64,000 bases of DNA, taken from the NCBI GenBank assembly GCA_010405405.1, contig MU004232.1:701481-765480 (forward strand), in the 5' to 3' direction. The DNA is from Microthyrium microscopicum (taxonomy: Eukaryota). The stretch's first letter is position 1, and every line of letters starts with the position of its first letter. Below, in pieces: positions 1 to 13,871 of this stretch. The position numbers were made by a program, and so were the translations under genes. The notes under the pieces are model-generated. The model had not been told where the DNA came from. It saw nothing but the letters and a program-made list of their open reading frames with translations, and searched no databases.

Positions 1-1470
1 TTCCTAGACAATTCCGTGGTCCGTACGAAAATGGTTGAAGAGCATGTTTTTTGTCCGTAGCATACTCGGTATTATCAGCGAGCCAACGCTCAGGAACGAA
101 ATCGTACGGATCTTTGAAGTTCTTGGGATTGCGATAGCAAGAATATTGCGTGAGTGAGATGGAAGCCTGTGTTTGTTAGAAATATTCCACAGCATGTCAT
201 CGACGACTTACGCCTGGTGGAACGAAAGTATCATCAACCATTACTCCACCCTCAGGAACAACGCGCGGGAGTCCATTGGAAACTGGTGGATACATTCGAA
301 GCCCTTCTTCTATACACGCGTGTAGATATTTGAGTGACTGAAGCTTTTCAATTGAGATGTCGTCTGTTGATGGGAATGCGCCTCTAATTTCGTCGGCAAG
401 TAACTTCATCTTATCGGGGTGAGCGAGAAGATAGTAAGTGAGTCCACTAAGCAATGTTGCAGTGGTTTCCGTTCCAGCGATCATGAAGAGTTGAGCATTC
501 GCATACATCTCTTTGCGCGTCATACCAAGTTCCTCATCTTTTTCAAGCACAAGGCCCCAGATATCTGGTCGTTTTTCTTTGATTTCCATCCGTTTGTCTA
601 CACGAGCTTGTGTGAACTGGTGGTGTAGCTTCTGTTTCTCAGCCATGCCGGGGTTGAGTCGAGGAATCAGAGCGAGAAGCGACTTCTCAACGACTTGATA
701 GTAGCGGATAGTGAACAAGTAGATGCCGTAGCGAAAGTTGGCAAACATTGCTGCTACCCAAGAGTGATACTCCGTGTTCTCTAAGAGATTCAAGGGCTCA
801 CTGAAGCAGAGATCTGACATGACATCGAAAGTGGTAAAGTTGTACTGATTGACCATGTTGAATTTGGCATTTGGATCCGCCTTGGTGTCTCTTAAGAGAT
901 TGCTCACGAGCTTGTCAACGTATTTCAAGAATAGTTGTTCTTGTAACTTGAGCGCTCGATCGCTGAAGGCGTTGGAGAAAATTCGGCGGATACGTGTGTG
1001 GTTTACATTGTCTGAATCAATGATGTTGAATACGCGCTCATGTTCATTTGCGACTGGTGCCAGATAGAACTTGGGATTTTTCTTGAGAATTGGCTGTCCT
1101 GCTTTTCGGTGTCCATAGATGTCCTTCCATGCATCACCAGAGCTGAAGCTCAGCTCATTTGGGCTGTAGCGAACAACCTCTCCATATTTGGCATGGAGTT
1201 CGGTAATCCAAAACTGTTGATCTCCAGAGAGATTCTTTCGACAAAGGGGTAGGCAACTGGCAGCAGACAATAGCGGGCCTGGAAATTTTCGTAGAGGGTG
1301 GAAGAAGATGTTGTAGACGTAGATGGAAAGCTGATAGGTTACGAGCTTGGAAAGTCAACAATCAAAACTCGGTGGCAATGTTTATGAGCAATACTTACAG
1401 CTAAAGCTACAATTACTGTGAGGTTGGAGATGCGACTGCCTAGCGCTCCGGCGCTTTCTATTACACCCAT
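1..1470 (-). CDS. Cytochrome P450 monooxygenase (3' end truncated by the window edge); introns 1346-1398 and 167-211
   Basis: ATG at 1470. Spliced product has FHPLRKFPGP, I-helix AGTETT, EGLR (ExxR), PERW and the heme motif FSYGPRNCLG at the window start. Confidence 0.95.
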
Positions 1471-2412
1471 CTTGTAACCAGTCTTCGAAGACGTACTTGA
1501 AGAAAGTTAGATATAAGAAGTGGCGACGATGATGCTAGAAGAATGACGAGCCCCAAGCCTTATAACTTGTCCAGTCCTGGAGGCATGGAGATGCCTTGAT
1601 TGTCTTGTACTCCCAAGTCCATGCGAACCATGTTACTTGCAGAAACATGGTTAAACATAATCGCTGCAAGCTTCTGGGAACTTGTAAGGTTTGTTTCAAC
1701 TCTCGAGGTGACTTCCAGGATTTTCTGGCCCGTAGTTGGTCAATCAAATGTTTGCGAGAAACCTTGTCGTAGGAATATCCGTTGATCGACACAAGTGGTT
1801 CGAAAATCCGGGGGTACCTCCTTGCTCAAAGAAGTCGGCCCTGTCGCTCCACACTCCATTGTATTGTAGATCAAGCGGTTCATTCATGGATCCGAGTCCC
1901 GGGGCGCGAAAGCGAAAGCGAAAAGATCGGGGTGTGTTGAATATGCATGCGGAGTAAATCTTGTGCGACCTACTATGCAGCTTGTAGTTATATGTCAAGT
2001 CCAGAAAACAATTATTATTGTATAGGGGATAATTCTTTTGGGAGATGTGCAAGGTTAGAGAGCTACTCTACCCATGGAATGTGTCGCCGGTAGGCGTATG
2101 AGAAATTGGTTTACGATGGCCTGGGTGGAGCGAAACATGATCCAGGAAATAAGGTAGGGCAGTCGGCACAGACAGATAAAATAGCCGTGATGAGGCTGAG
2201 AATTGAGCTGTCGTTAAATTACCCTTCAAAGAGAATCATCGATCTTTTCCTCAATGGGAAGTGAGGAAATGCGATACTCAATTCATGGCTTTGCGGATTC
2301 AAGATTGGAGAATCATTAATGGATATTTGCGCCGAGAGCACCTTCAATGCTGCTAAATATGTACCGTGTAGTGAAATGCATACAATTCCAGGTAACAACA
2401 TGCCAAATTTCC

Positions 2413-3481
2413 TTAAACAGCAAGTTGATTGAGAGCCCAGTTGAGAATACGGCGATGTTCCGATTCGTCTGCACCGAGGCGAGGTCTGAAATTCTGCCTC
2501 ACGATTGAAACGATGCTTCGATAGACCGTATATCTAGAAACAATAACGTGAGTACTTCGAAACAAAACAATCGCTACGCTCGCGCAATTAGGGAACTTAC
2601 ATCTGACTTCGCCGCTCATCATAACCATCTCCGTACTGCAAAATCTGCTGACCACCAAAACCTAGCCAGAAACTTGAAGTTGCGCCGGTAAAGACCTCAC
2701 CAAGCGATGGATCTCCCCATAGTACATCACCCCAGGAAAGAATTCCTACCACGCATTTACGGTTCTCATCTAATAGAACTGTCTCGGGCGTACCTGCGCG
2801 CAGTGGCACTAGCCGTGGCTCTGTTACGGCGTCTAGATGATGCATATGTAAGCCGACGTAGTGTCTGATGCTTTGGTAGGGTAATGTAAGGACTGCATCT
2901 TCAGCATCACGCAGAACGGCTTCGAAGAGCGCATGAAAAGCTTCACGCCAGCTGCCATAGCCATCGCCTTTATCAATGCGTGCAATGGTTCCGAACTGGC
3001 TGGACGTGTTGTTTACGGCATGCCGAAGATGTGCGCCCACTGTCTTGTCAATTTGCTCTCGATCATAGGTCGTGAGGCGGTGAGATATCGAAGACAACGG
3101 AATGCCGGCTACATAGCTGCGCAAAAGATAGGGACCAGAAAGAGGACTTGACGATGAGTTTGATGCTGATAGCAATCGAGGCACGGGAAAATTGAGTAGC
3201 ATAGGACCAGAGAGACGTTGTAGTATTGAGGCTTCTCCGGCTGGAGATGATGCTTCACATCGGAGTAATCTGGTGTTGCTTGATGGTGAAGTCTTGAGGA
3301 CAAAATAGTTGCCGTCGGCTGATGTGATGATATAGCCTTTGTGGGGTGAAGCAGGTAATACATCAACTCGAGTGACTTCAATTCCTGTGTGTTGATAGAC
3401 GTAATGTAGGAACGATTGTATTTGACTCTGAATTTTGGACGATGCTAATGACGCTGTCATCATCACATTCGGGTTGCCCAT
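2413..3481 (-). CDS. Aminoglycoside phosphotransferase (APH)/kinase-like protein; one 3' intron starting at 2600
   Basis: ORF 2597-3520 has FVLK, PVPRLL, GSWREAF and GILSWGDVLWGDP. GTAAGT donor at 2600, last exon IYTVYRSIV...LAV*. The catalytic loop is degenerate (LVPLRA...). Confidence 0.75.
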
Positions 3482-5186
3482 CGCCCCCGATAAATGCTCT
3501 GAAACTGGAGATATAAGCATTGTTGAGATTTATATCGTGTCCGGATGAATTAGTCCACTGGTTGGTTTTGATGTATTGTGGGTGTTCTTGCATATGCAAT
3601 ACTGTCAGCCTTCAAATCAGCATACACCGTACTGATATAGATTCATAGGTTTGATGACGTTTTCAACAGTTCGTGGGGAGATGCGAAGCCCAACTTCAAA
3701 AGCAATGAACAGTAAGGACAAAGAGTATCAGCCTTCGTGGGAGAATAATGCAAGCCTATACAACCCATCCGGCCGGAGAATAAGCCAACCATCATAATAT
3801 TTACGACAAGACTTTACTCCAGAGGTGCAGCCCGGTGTGCCGCAGCTGGCAGATCGATCGTAAAATCGCGAAAATCCGAAGTTGCATCGCAAACCATTCC
3901 GCTAGAGAAGGCTTCAATGCAAAGACAACGGCAGTGCGATAGGTCAGCGGTTCTAAGGGAATGAAAGATCAGCTTAGATTCACCGAAGATTTGAAATTTA
4001 GACGCCGGCTCTTGCTAGAGAGATTCTACGTGTATTCTGTGAGGGTGTGGAAATGCACCTCGAGATGCGGTTGGATTGGCGTTGTTTTAGAGGCTGCAGT
4101 AAGGGAAAGCTGCATTTCCAGGACTGCAGATCAATGACAGCTTTCGTCTAGATTTTCCCGATCTGGTTGGGCAAGGCTTGACAGGTGCGGGAGCATCGTA
4201 AACTTTCCAGCCAGTTGGGTCGTAAGTTCGATATATTGTTGCGACTCTTGATACCGACATTTCTCGGGGTTGGCATACTTTTTTCCCGGCTCCAAGGTGC
4301 TGTAGCTTGTCCAAGGCGAATAAGATGTTCAAATTCGGCGAATAGATATCTTCGAATTGCCCTGTTATTGTGTAGGGTTGGTTTCGCGGCAACCATCTTA
4401 GGCTTGATATCTGCACATTGAACGATTTCATCACCAAGCTTGGCTTCCCGGAGTACGGCGCTGAGATGGGATTTAGTTCTGTTGGCATAACCACCAATTG
4501 GAACAGACCAGCAAAACATGCAAGATTTCTTTTTTTGGCTTTGACAACAACTGCCAATTTTAACCCATCCCGATGTAAAGTCATCCCGCGCAGCGCGCAA
4601 ACTTCAAGTTTGGTACGCTAATGTAGGCATAATTTTGATCGATCTTCTTGGCAAGCCGTGAGCGTTATCATCGCTCCAAGTCGTCAGATGGTCATTTTGA
4701 TCTCTTTCCAATCACGGTGACAACAGAATTGAACAGTTACACACCGGGTGTGATTTGACAGCTTTCAGACATAAAAGGCCAAATGGAACTTTTGCAAAGG
4801 GTGTGATGACCTCAATGTTTAAGCGCCACAGAGCCAACTGTCGGTAAGGTTAATTTCAACTTACGAAGCTGGACAGTTGTTTTTCCTGTTTATTTTCACT
4901 GTGGATCGTCAGAGTAATTCATTTTGGTAAGGCTTTGAAGTCAGCTGTACGTAAAGGAGGTGGCCGATTCAAAAGGAATTATCATGCAAGATTTGGTCTT
5001 GTAAGCACGATAAGCGAATGCCCCATGTCTGCATACTGCAGGGACAAATCAGAACACAAAGAGACAGTTCGACCATCGTCTAACTTGCAGCACCATCACC
5101 AATAGGCAAGCGCAAGAATGCTGATGGCTTCATCCAGATGACAGAATAGCCGAGTTTAAAGCCGTGAAATTGATGCATCTGAGGAT

Positions 5187-6599
5187 CTACGATGCAGAAA
5201 CCTCGGGTTGCACTTCGGGTTCCGCCTTGACTTGCGAACTAGAGTTCTGAGTTGGCGAATGTATTTCTGAGAGATTGAAGCGCTTCAAAGTTTCGAACTC
5301 TTGTGTGACGACGCTGATTCCACAAATGTTCTGTTGGTTCCAAGTGTTAGCGAAACTAGTCGCACATAAGATCCTCGACAAACTAAGCTACACAGCAGAC
5401 ATGTACCAACATAACAAAGATGCCACCAGGAAATCGTGACGTACCTTGTAAACATCAATTAAGATCAGGAGATCGTAGTTTTTCAAATCCACCGTGTGGA
5501 GATGCCCCACAATCTCTGCTACACGTCGGATGACTTCTTCCCGCTTTAGTTGGTTATGATTGCGGAGATTTGCACGAATAGCAAACTGTAAGGCACTGCG
5601 GTTAGCCAAATGCATTTGCGGTCAAGGACCCCATTTGACGTCCAAGATTTTAGCTTGCAGTGCCCGCAATCTATAATCGCTAATGCACATGCAATGCAGC
5701 ACATCTGCAGCACAGTTCTTCCCAAGTTTCTCAACACCAAGATCGAAAAACTCTGGAAAGTATTTGGAAGGGTTCGGGCTGTGTGCTTGCATGTCTCACC
5801 TTTTTGGATACCTGATCCTCTCCATGGAAATGCGGTGCTAAGACTTTCTTTGCTAGCTCTTCCAGTCCTTTTTCTGATGCTTTGCCAAACAATGTTATTG
5901 GAGTAAGTCGCTTTGCATGGCGAGTTTGTTTCCGATCTGGGTGTGCTGCAGCATCGTTGCAGAATGAAAGGACAAATTCGACTGGATCGATAGGCGCAGA
6001 TGTCTTGAAGAAAAGGACTAAAGATCGTTGGTCAGAGATTCGAGATTCGACAAACTAGTCCTTGACTGTAACACTTTCACGTCTGATAAACTTACGACAT
6101 GGTGTGCCCATTCTCATCGAAGTGAAGATTTGCGTCTTTCTATCCCGCAATTCTTCAAGTTCCTGGGCCAATTCGTCCTCGACACTGCGATTTGCTTTCG
6201 ACTCATCCAGTTTTGTTCCATCTTGATCTCCGAGGCTGTACAGCTTCTGGGCATGCTGTTTGTAGTTAGAGCCATGCAATACGATGCGCTGGATTTCACA
6301 TACTTCTTCAAAGAGTGGCCTCAGCTCGCTGACACACTTGCCTTCTCTCTGCATATCACAAGACACCCATATACCAGAATCTCCAGCTTCTGGTTCACGC
6401 TGACGCTTGCTCTTGCTGTCGCCGCCTTTCCGTGGTACTGTCCACTCCCGTTTGCCCTGTGAGATGTTAGATTTCTCGGATGATAGAGTCAAGGCGAAAG
6501 CGCAGAAGCTTTTACGTGATGGCCTACCTTGGTCTTTTTCGCCTCTGAGCCGCCATTACTAGACTCAGCTTTCCTCTTACGGCTCTCTGAATTTTCCAT
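5187..6599 (-). CDS. TAN1: THUMP-domain tRNA-modification adaptor (Tan1/THUMPD1-like), multi-exon
   Basis: Exon peptides GIWVSCDMQREGKC, FAIRANLRNHNQLKREEVI, HTVDLKNYDLLILIDVYK and NICGISVV...LKRFNL. ATG MENSESRKRK at 6599. Confidence 0.85.
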
Positions 6600-6947
6600 G
6601 ATGTGTCGTTGCTTTGTGACGTTGCTCTGTGGTGGGCCAGAGATGTGTTCCAGCAAAGTGGATCGGGCAGCCGCTGAAACTGTCGTACAACCTGGGGCTT
6701 TTTGAGTACTATAGTCCAATCAAGTAGGTCGATGCCTTGTTGAAAGATAATTGCAAGAAGTTGATGGGACAGGACAGAAGTTTGGTGCAAAATTCAAACG
6801 TGACACCGTGAACACCAAACGCGTCTCCAACTTCATCCCACCAACCCCAAACAACATCAACAAATCCACCACAACCACTCCAAAAATCCTCTAACCACAC
6901 AACCATTCTCCATCTACTCCTACATTATACCACCTTTCATACCCAAA

Positions 6948-7663
6948 ATGTCAGAAACAACAACACCAACCCGCACCCCAACAAACCTCCCATCGCGCCC
7001 AACAACCCCTCTCCGCCCATCCTCGCGTACCTCCCTCCGCACCTCCCTCCAACACAGCGCCACCACGCCCTTCAACCCCCTCGATGCGTTAGAATCCCAA
7101 TTCGCAGAACTCTCCGACGGCATGGCAGACCTGGAAGCGAATTTTCTACATTTGCAGCTTATGCATGAGAGTTTGGCGCGGTTTTCTGAGAGCTTTGCGA
7201 GTTTTTTATATGGGATGAATATGAATGCTTTTTGTGTGGACTTTCCTGAGGTAAGCTCTGAATTGTATGGAGAGACAAGATAAATATGGTGGCTAACGAT
7301 GATGTGCTCTAGGCACCGATTGCAGAGTCCTTCAAACGCGCTGATAGAATGGAGGCTCAGTTCAATGCTATGTCCCTGGGCGGGGCAGGAGGTGATCCAG
7401 ATGCGACGTTTTTGACGACGGATACGAGTTTTGTGGAACATCCGCCGCTTTCGAGCAAGGCGTCGAGCAAGTTCTCTACACCGCGGGCTTCTCGGAGTCG
7501 TGGAACTGTTGGAAGGGGTGCGCCTAGTGGACGAGGAACGACGACGATGGGCAGAGGACGCGGGATACCGCGGGCGAGTGGCATTGCAAGAGGAAGTGGG
7601 ATTGCGAGGGGAGTAGGTCGCGGACGAGCACGAGGGACTGGAAGTGGGACGAGTACCCGTTAG
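6948..7663 (+). CDS. DAM1: DASH complex subunit Dam1; intron ~7251-7312
   Basis: RPTTPLRPSSR; FAELSDGMADLEANFLHLQLMHESLARFSESFASFLYGMNMNAFCVDFPE|APIAESF; G/R-rich tail. Confidence 0.95.
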
Positions 7664-7949
7664 GAATTGGCATGGTAATGCGAGGATATTGAAGATGTGT
7701 ATATTGCCTTCAGTGAGCTGGATATATGACGAGATGATGAAATGATGGAGCGAAGCAGTGGTATTAGCATGTATTGCGCAATGCAATGACTTGAATTAAA
7801 CTTGAATGGAGCGCTCTCGATAAAACACAGCGCCATAACACCCTAATATCATACAGCGCAGATAATCATATACCATAGACTATGTATGCATTCCATCCCC
7901 AACACCATGCAAATGCCCCTGAAAGCAAGTCGCTCGAACAAGTATCGTA

Positions 7950-10900
7950 TCAGTCGCCGAGTATACTCTCAGGCTCATCATCAATAGCCGGCTCCTCTGC
8001 TTCCTCTCGTTCTTCCGGCTCCTGCTGTTCGAGATCGCCTGCCTCGGCTTCCTTCTCTTCCTGATCTTGCTCTTCTTCTTCCTCACTTTCACTGCCGCTC
8101 TCAACAATGATTGCTGCGCTCTTCTTCGCTCCCTCGATTTCTTTTTGTGGCTTGGGAGCAGCCTTCTTCTTTGGAGCGGCACCTGGTGCACCTTTCTCCA
8201 TCATGTCGATGACCGCGCGGAAATTGGTTCCCAGTTTCATCTTGTTTCGCTTTAGGCGACGCTTTACCTTGCCACTTGCGCCCTCTTTGCGGCCGTCCAC
8301 GACACCAGCCCATATGCCGAGGACTAGCTTGCCGGCAAATTCACACAGAGTTTGCTCCGCGACAAGTGTTGCTTTGAGTCGGGCCTCGTCATCTTCAGCA
8401 TCAGGAATGACCTCATCATCCTCCGGTTCTGCGTCGGTCGCGTCATCATCAGCATCTTCGGGGTTCTCCAGAGTCTTGCCTAAACGCTTCGCATACGCAC
8501 GCTCAGTCCCGGAAAGCAGTTGCAACAGTACTGTTTGTGTAGCCAGTGGGACTTCAGCTGCAAGCTCAAGATATGCTGGGGTACTCGAGCTCTCAGCACC
8601 TTCATTGCGAGCGCGCGTTGCATCATTGACGTGCAAGAGACTTGCAAAGGCTGCATACAAGTCAATCAATGCGCCCGCCAATGCTACCTTGACCTCCTCC
8701 GTGGTGCCTTTGGCCGCAATCACGTTGGCCACGCTCTGCACAAACTTCTGCTTGCGCATAGCGATGGCCTTAACGGTGGCTGTGGGCACGGTGCCAGAAG
8801 CCTTGATGAGACGCTGCAGCGCGTTGACCTTCCACATGAAATAGAAGACTAGCGTGCGAGCCGCGCGTTTAACAATGGTATTTTCCTGTGCGGCGGTCTC
8901 TTCATCAGCGTTGGCTGTTGGGATGCCGCGAGATAGGACAGCGAGAAGGGAGTCTATAGGAGCGGGAGCGGATTGCTTCTTGCGCGACTCTGCAGGTGCA
9001 GTCTCAAGGGCGTCGCCAAAGTCTTCGATACGCGTGAGCATTTCAAGGCGGGTGACTACGCCCTCGAGGACCTCGATATGAGCGTCGTCTAGAGATCCAC
9101 GCATGTTGAGGGGGTTGGCTTTGGCAAGACCATTGAGTTTGTCGATGGCGTCCTCAGTTAATGCACCGAGTTTTTCTTGAGCCATTTCATCTGCTTCGCC
9201 CGCCGATCGTGCATTGAGAAGGGCTAGAGAGGCTTCTTCGAGAACTCGCGATGTGGCATGGGCTTGGAATTGTTTCTTGATATCTTCTAGAAGTGTTCCA
9301 TAGTTTGCAAAGTCTTGTTTGGAGGGATCGAGAACGTGCTCGAGTCGAAGGATTGCGGAGGCTGCGACAGGAGTTGCACCAAATTTGTTGAGAAGTTGAG
9401 GTATGGTAGTAATAAGATGGCGGGCAGAAGTCTCGAGGTTGTCTTGTTCCACAACTCGCTGGGCTTTTGAGGTTTTCTTGGATTTATCCGCTAATCCAGC
9501 TGTTGTTTGAGCGAACGATACGCGAACAGCAGCGTTGAGTACCTCTAAAAGTAGTACCTCTTCTTCGGAGGATAGTCGAACCGCTTCTTTGAATTGGGAC
9601 ATTGCGTCCACGCCATTGGCACCATTCTGAGTTACAGTTGAATGATCGTAGAGCAGGTACCCTGCCAGCAGTTCCCATTGTAGTTCTGGGATTCTGTCGC
9701 AGATTGCCTCTGCAGCCATCGAGAATCGTGACTCCATCTGAGCGACAAGCATGTAGTGATCAGTCTTTGGGACTTGAATGGCTGGTGGTGCGTCAATCTG
9801 AAGTTGAGCATCATAGCTTTCAAGTTGTTCTACAAGGGCTTTAATCTTGAGCCACTCTGGTCGAGGGGTGTCATAGTCATCCTCGTCTTGTTGCTCCTCA
9901 CCGAATATTTCTTCCATTGCTTCGGCACCACCTAGTTCCTCAAGCTTGAGCTCATGGCCATCTTCAACATTTGCGATGAAGAAGTTGACTACGGCCTTGC
10001 GGACTTTTGGTTCCGAATCAAAGATGAGCTGTCCGACAGCATCAATGTCATCAGGTTCCAGGAACTTTGCGTCGCGTAGCAAATCGAGTAATTCTATGGC
10101 TGCAGCCCGAACAGGGCCGTCGCTATCTCGCGTTGCCATTTCTGTCATGCGTGAGCGGAATTTTTCTGTGAAGCTCTCCAGCCCAGCATGCTTGTCTTTA
10201 TCGGTGTAAAGACTAATGAGACCTTTTAGGACTTCGTGGCGAATGTCTGGTTTCAAATCTGAGAGCAGCCAGCCAAGATATCGTAGAAAGGTGCCCTCAA
10301 AGAACATATCAGGGTATGTGACAATCCACACACTCAAGGCATGAATGCAATCTAATCTAATATGAGGGTCGACATCTCGGTAGCGGTGAACAAATACGGC
10401 ATCCACAAGATCTGTGAGACGTTCGTTCAAGTATGTAACTTGTATATCGTTCTTCCGCTTGGCTGTTTCACCTTCAGAGATCACTGCTTTGTTGGCTCTT
10501 TTCTTCTTCTTTTCTCCTTCAATTTGAAGCTGAATCTTGGCAGTGTTGGTGACCAATTCGCGGGCCACTTCAGCCAGAGCACTCACGGTCTCAAGTGCGA
10601 TGACTGTAGCAGTATGCCGAAGGGCTCGGTTTCCCGTTGACGAAAGCGTGGAAACCCATGAGATAAAAACCTCGATAAGCGTTGTATCTTCAAACAAAAT
10701 ATGACCCTTGTGAATCGTCAAGACCAGTGATGAGATGAATCCGGTCAACGTCTGTCGAAAAGCAGCAGTTCCTTTGGCTCTCGAAACTATTGGATACTCT
10801 GTAAGATTTTCCTGTCGAAATTAGTAAGAGGCGTCCAAACAGGCCCGGTCAACATACTGCTTGGTATTTATTTTGAATATCAGCAATCCGGTCGCTGAAA

Positions 10901-11537
10901 CTGTCCGGATCTGCAACAACGCTAACATCGATTTCATGTTCGCAGCCTGCCGCCCTGAGAGTAAATGTGAGCAGATCCGCGACGGCGGGTTCTGCATTTT
11001 CCTTGTATTCGCCGATCCAGATTGCAGACACGTCGTCCAGCACTTTGCCGTTGCCGAAAACTTCCGCTGTATTCAATTAGTATGCGCAGGACTTGATCAA
11101 GGCAGAAACATACCATATAAGCCGCCGGCGTCCGCTGCGCTCGAGAATCGCGCGGCCTTCTTGACCCTTGGCTTCGCTCGTGGTTTGGCAGGTCGAATCG
11201 CCAAATGATGCACTCCGTTGCCATTCGTCTTGCGCTTCGTTCCGGCACCAGCTGCCTTGCGCGCTTTCTTGCGCGCCGGCTTAACATCCTCGTCTTGTGA
11301 ATCGTCTGGTTCGCTTGGACTGTCGTCCTCTTCCTCCTCTACTTCCTGGTCCATGTCAACGTCACCATCCACGTCGGCATTGGCTTCAGCAGCCGAAGGA
11401 ACGCGCTTGCGTTTAGGCGCAGAAACACCAAGCTGATCAACTAACAACGCGGGTTTCTTGGAAACGCGTCCCGAGCGGCGACGATTGGCGTCGTTATCGG
11501 GGCCGGGCGATGCGCCAGCCTGAGATGAGTCGTCCAT
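7950..11537 (-). CDS. SCC3: Cohesin STAG/stromalin subunit Scc3/Psc3; two 5' introns
   Basis: RALRHTAT, VFVHRYRDVDPHIRLDCI, FLRYLGWLLSD and FTEKFRSRMTEMATRD. ATG MDDSSQ at 11537. Confidence 0.95.
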
Positions 11538-11978
11538 TGCCCTTAGAGTCGCGAATGAGATTGTTATGGGAGGTAAGGAAGGGGAGAGGGTAAGAGAGGC
11601 AAAAGCCAGATTTGTTGGGGATGGGGAACGCGTTGGTGTGGATTGCGAGTGTCGCGACCCACAAGGAAGGAGCAACGCTCGGGCCTGGGCTTCTGATTGG
11701 CTGGGCTACTTGAGACTCCAACTTCAACACTGCAAGCCTCCTGCCTAATCAGGAAGTATTTACAACTACATCTTCACCACAGCACCAAGGAGCCAACAGA
11801 GACGTAAAGAGCCGGGAATTTCAAGGGACATACAATTGAGGTCTACCAAACTTTACCAGCAGCATCTCATGTAGACTTTGTTGTCAATCGCTTCAGAACT
11901 CACCAGTTCCTACTTCTGAAGCTCTGCTTATCTATCAGCAATCTCGATGCAACCAAGAAACTCGATGCGGCCAAAGCA

Positions 11979-12956
11979 ATGACCGCAAGCTTTCCACCCA
12001 GCACACCCGCTGGTCGTGGCACCGTTCATCTGACCTCTTCTCCTTCCCAGTTCCGGGCCCTAACATACGCCTATCCGCTCAAACTGATATCTCCCGACGC
12101 AGAAGTACATGCTAATCGCAGCATCCATACTCTATTTCTATTGACCTACGGCGGTGGACTGGTAGCAGGGGACGCCATTGACCTGAACATCACCCTCGAC
12201 GCCAAGACCTTTCTTGTCCTACTCACCCAAGGCAGCACCAAGATCTTCAAGACGCCAGACCCGCAAATACTCAGTATCCAAAAGGCCACCATCTCCATAA
12301 ATGACGGGGCGGGTCTTGTCTATCTCCCAGATCCAGTACAACCCTTTGCAGAAAGCTCATTTGAGCAAAGTCAAATGTACTATCTGAACGGCCCACAAGC
12401 GAACTTGTGCGTATGCGACTGGGTATGCTGTGGGCGCGCGGCAAGAGGAGAGATGTGGGAATTTTGGCGTTACGGCTCGCGGAATGAGATCTGGGATGTC
12501 AGTCAAGGAGAAGACAAGAAAAGACTGTTACTCAGGGATAACTTGATCCTTGATCATAAGCGTGGAGTGATAGCATCAGCATCGAGTATTGCGAGGAGGG
12601 TCGATGATCACGGTGTTTTTGGAACACTCATACTGAGGGGGCCGATGTTCGAAGGACTGGGCGCTTTCTTTCTAGAAGAGTTTGAAAAGATGCCACGGAT
12701 TGGAGAGAAGAAATGGGATGGTGAAGACGTTCCAAAGGACAAAGTCGGATCTCTGGAAGATAAACGAAGACATAGATTGAAGAGGGGAGAAGGTGATGGA
12801 CTGCTATGGACTGCTGCCAATATTCGTGGCTTTGTCATGGTGAAATTCGCCGCCAGGGAGGTTGAGGGCGCAAAACACTGGCTCAAAGCCATTCTACACG
12901 ACGAAGGTAGTATCGAAAGCCAGTTCGGAGAGCGATCATTGTTATGTCTTAAATAA
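11979..12956 (+). CDS. ureD: Urease accessory protein UreD
   Basis: YAYPLKLISP, LLTYGGGLVAGD, LLTQGSTKIFK, LPDPVQPF and DWVCCGRAARGE. Confidence 0.95.
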   Translation: MTASFPPSTPAGRGTVHLTSSPSQFRALTYAYPLKLISPDAEVHANRSIHTLFLLTYGGGLVAGDAIDLNITLDAKTFLVLLTQGSTKIFKTPDPQILSIQKATISINDGAGLVYLPDPVQPFAESSFEQSQMYYLNGPQANLCVCDWVCCGRAARGEMWEFWRYGSRNEIWDVSQGEDKKRLLLRDNLILDHKRGVIASASSIARRVDDHGVFGTLILRGPMFEGLGAFFLEEFEKMPRIGEKKWDGEDVPKDKVGSLEDKRRHRLKRGEGDGLLWTAANIRGFVMVKFAAREVEGAKHWLKAILHDEGSIESQFGERSLLCLK

Positions 12957-13045
12957 CCGAACCCCAAAACTTCAACGATACCCAGAAATATGCTTTAAGG
13001 AGGCCAAGACGCACTAGAAATCCCAAACGTGCTTTTCGCGGCAAG

Positions 13046-13220
13046 TTCCCATCGCACTTTATGGGAGCCACCAAGTGTTATGGCAGCCAGAAGCCGCGAC
13101 GGTGATATCTCGCCAATCTAGAATCTTTGCGAAATAGAGATGATCAACTGCTTCTGTTGAAATTATAGGGTATGTTGTCGTAGCCATCGAGTGCGATGGG
13201 AGCCACCGGGTGTCTTGGGG
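13046..13220. repeat. Palindrome array 1: two clusters of 19-bp units CCATCG-N4-CGATGG-NNN
   Basis: Degenerate units start at 13049, 13068 and 13087. A perfect unit (CCATCGAGTGCGATGG) starts at 13184 and a degenerate one at 13203. Confidence 0.8.
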
Positions 13221-13871
13221 AATAAGACGTGGTCGTTGACAACTATTTTGCTACAGAGGTCACCACAGAACAGCAGAGTTTCATCCTAATTTCTGCCATT
13301 TTATCGATAGGATTTCTTGGCATATCGTACTGTCATCCTGGAAATGCAAGTTTTCTTTGGCAATATTGCTCTTGGCTGCAAGATTTGGGCTTGGTTTGAG
13401 CATAATGATTTGAGCAAACTCAATAGAAATAATTAATGATCCAGCCAGTTTGCCCATTTGAATGATCATACGGTAACGTAGATTGTTCTTTCTTTATACA
13501 ATCTACCAGTCGTTCGGATAGCACCCGCGAGGTCGCATAATAGCTCGCTGTACCAAACATGGCCCTGACCAATTCCTCAGCAAGCAGTCTATTGTCATGT
13601 TTGCTTCCAGACTGGAGGTGAAACAATAGTGACCGATATTTAGAAGATGAGGTGCTATCAGTGGCGTTCAATGTTCTGGGCTCCTTCCCCTTCTTGATCA
13701 ATAGCCTGTGACGTTTGCATAAGGCCTCTTCCACACCACCATCCACCAAATTTATATCATCCTCCAATTCTTAAACTTGTCAATTTGATTTTCTATCCGC
13801 CTCGTCCATACCAATTCTTCCTTCGGCATTAACCACCACAGCCAGTTCTCTGTTCTGCCGTTCATATCAGG

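Noticed and set aside
4087..4621. Overlapping 150-165 aa ORFs
   Set aside because: They have non-ATG starts, no domain and no splice model.
8107..8844. Long antisense ORFs over SCC3 and DAM1 (also 6920-7786)
   Set aside because: These are shadow frames of well-supported genes.
6948..11537. Dam1 and Scc3 adjacency as evidence that the arrays are centromeric
   Set aside because: Gene function does not predict centromere position, and the region is gene-dense and not AT-rich.
13281..13850. Possible decayed minus-strand gene (ORF 13420-13767)
   Set aside because: It has a non-ATG start, flanking in-frame stops and no recognisable domain, so I cannot support a call.
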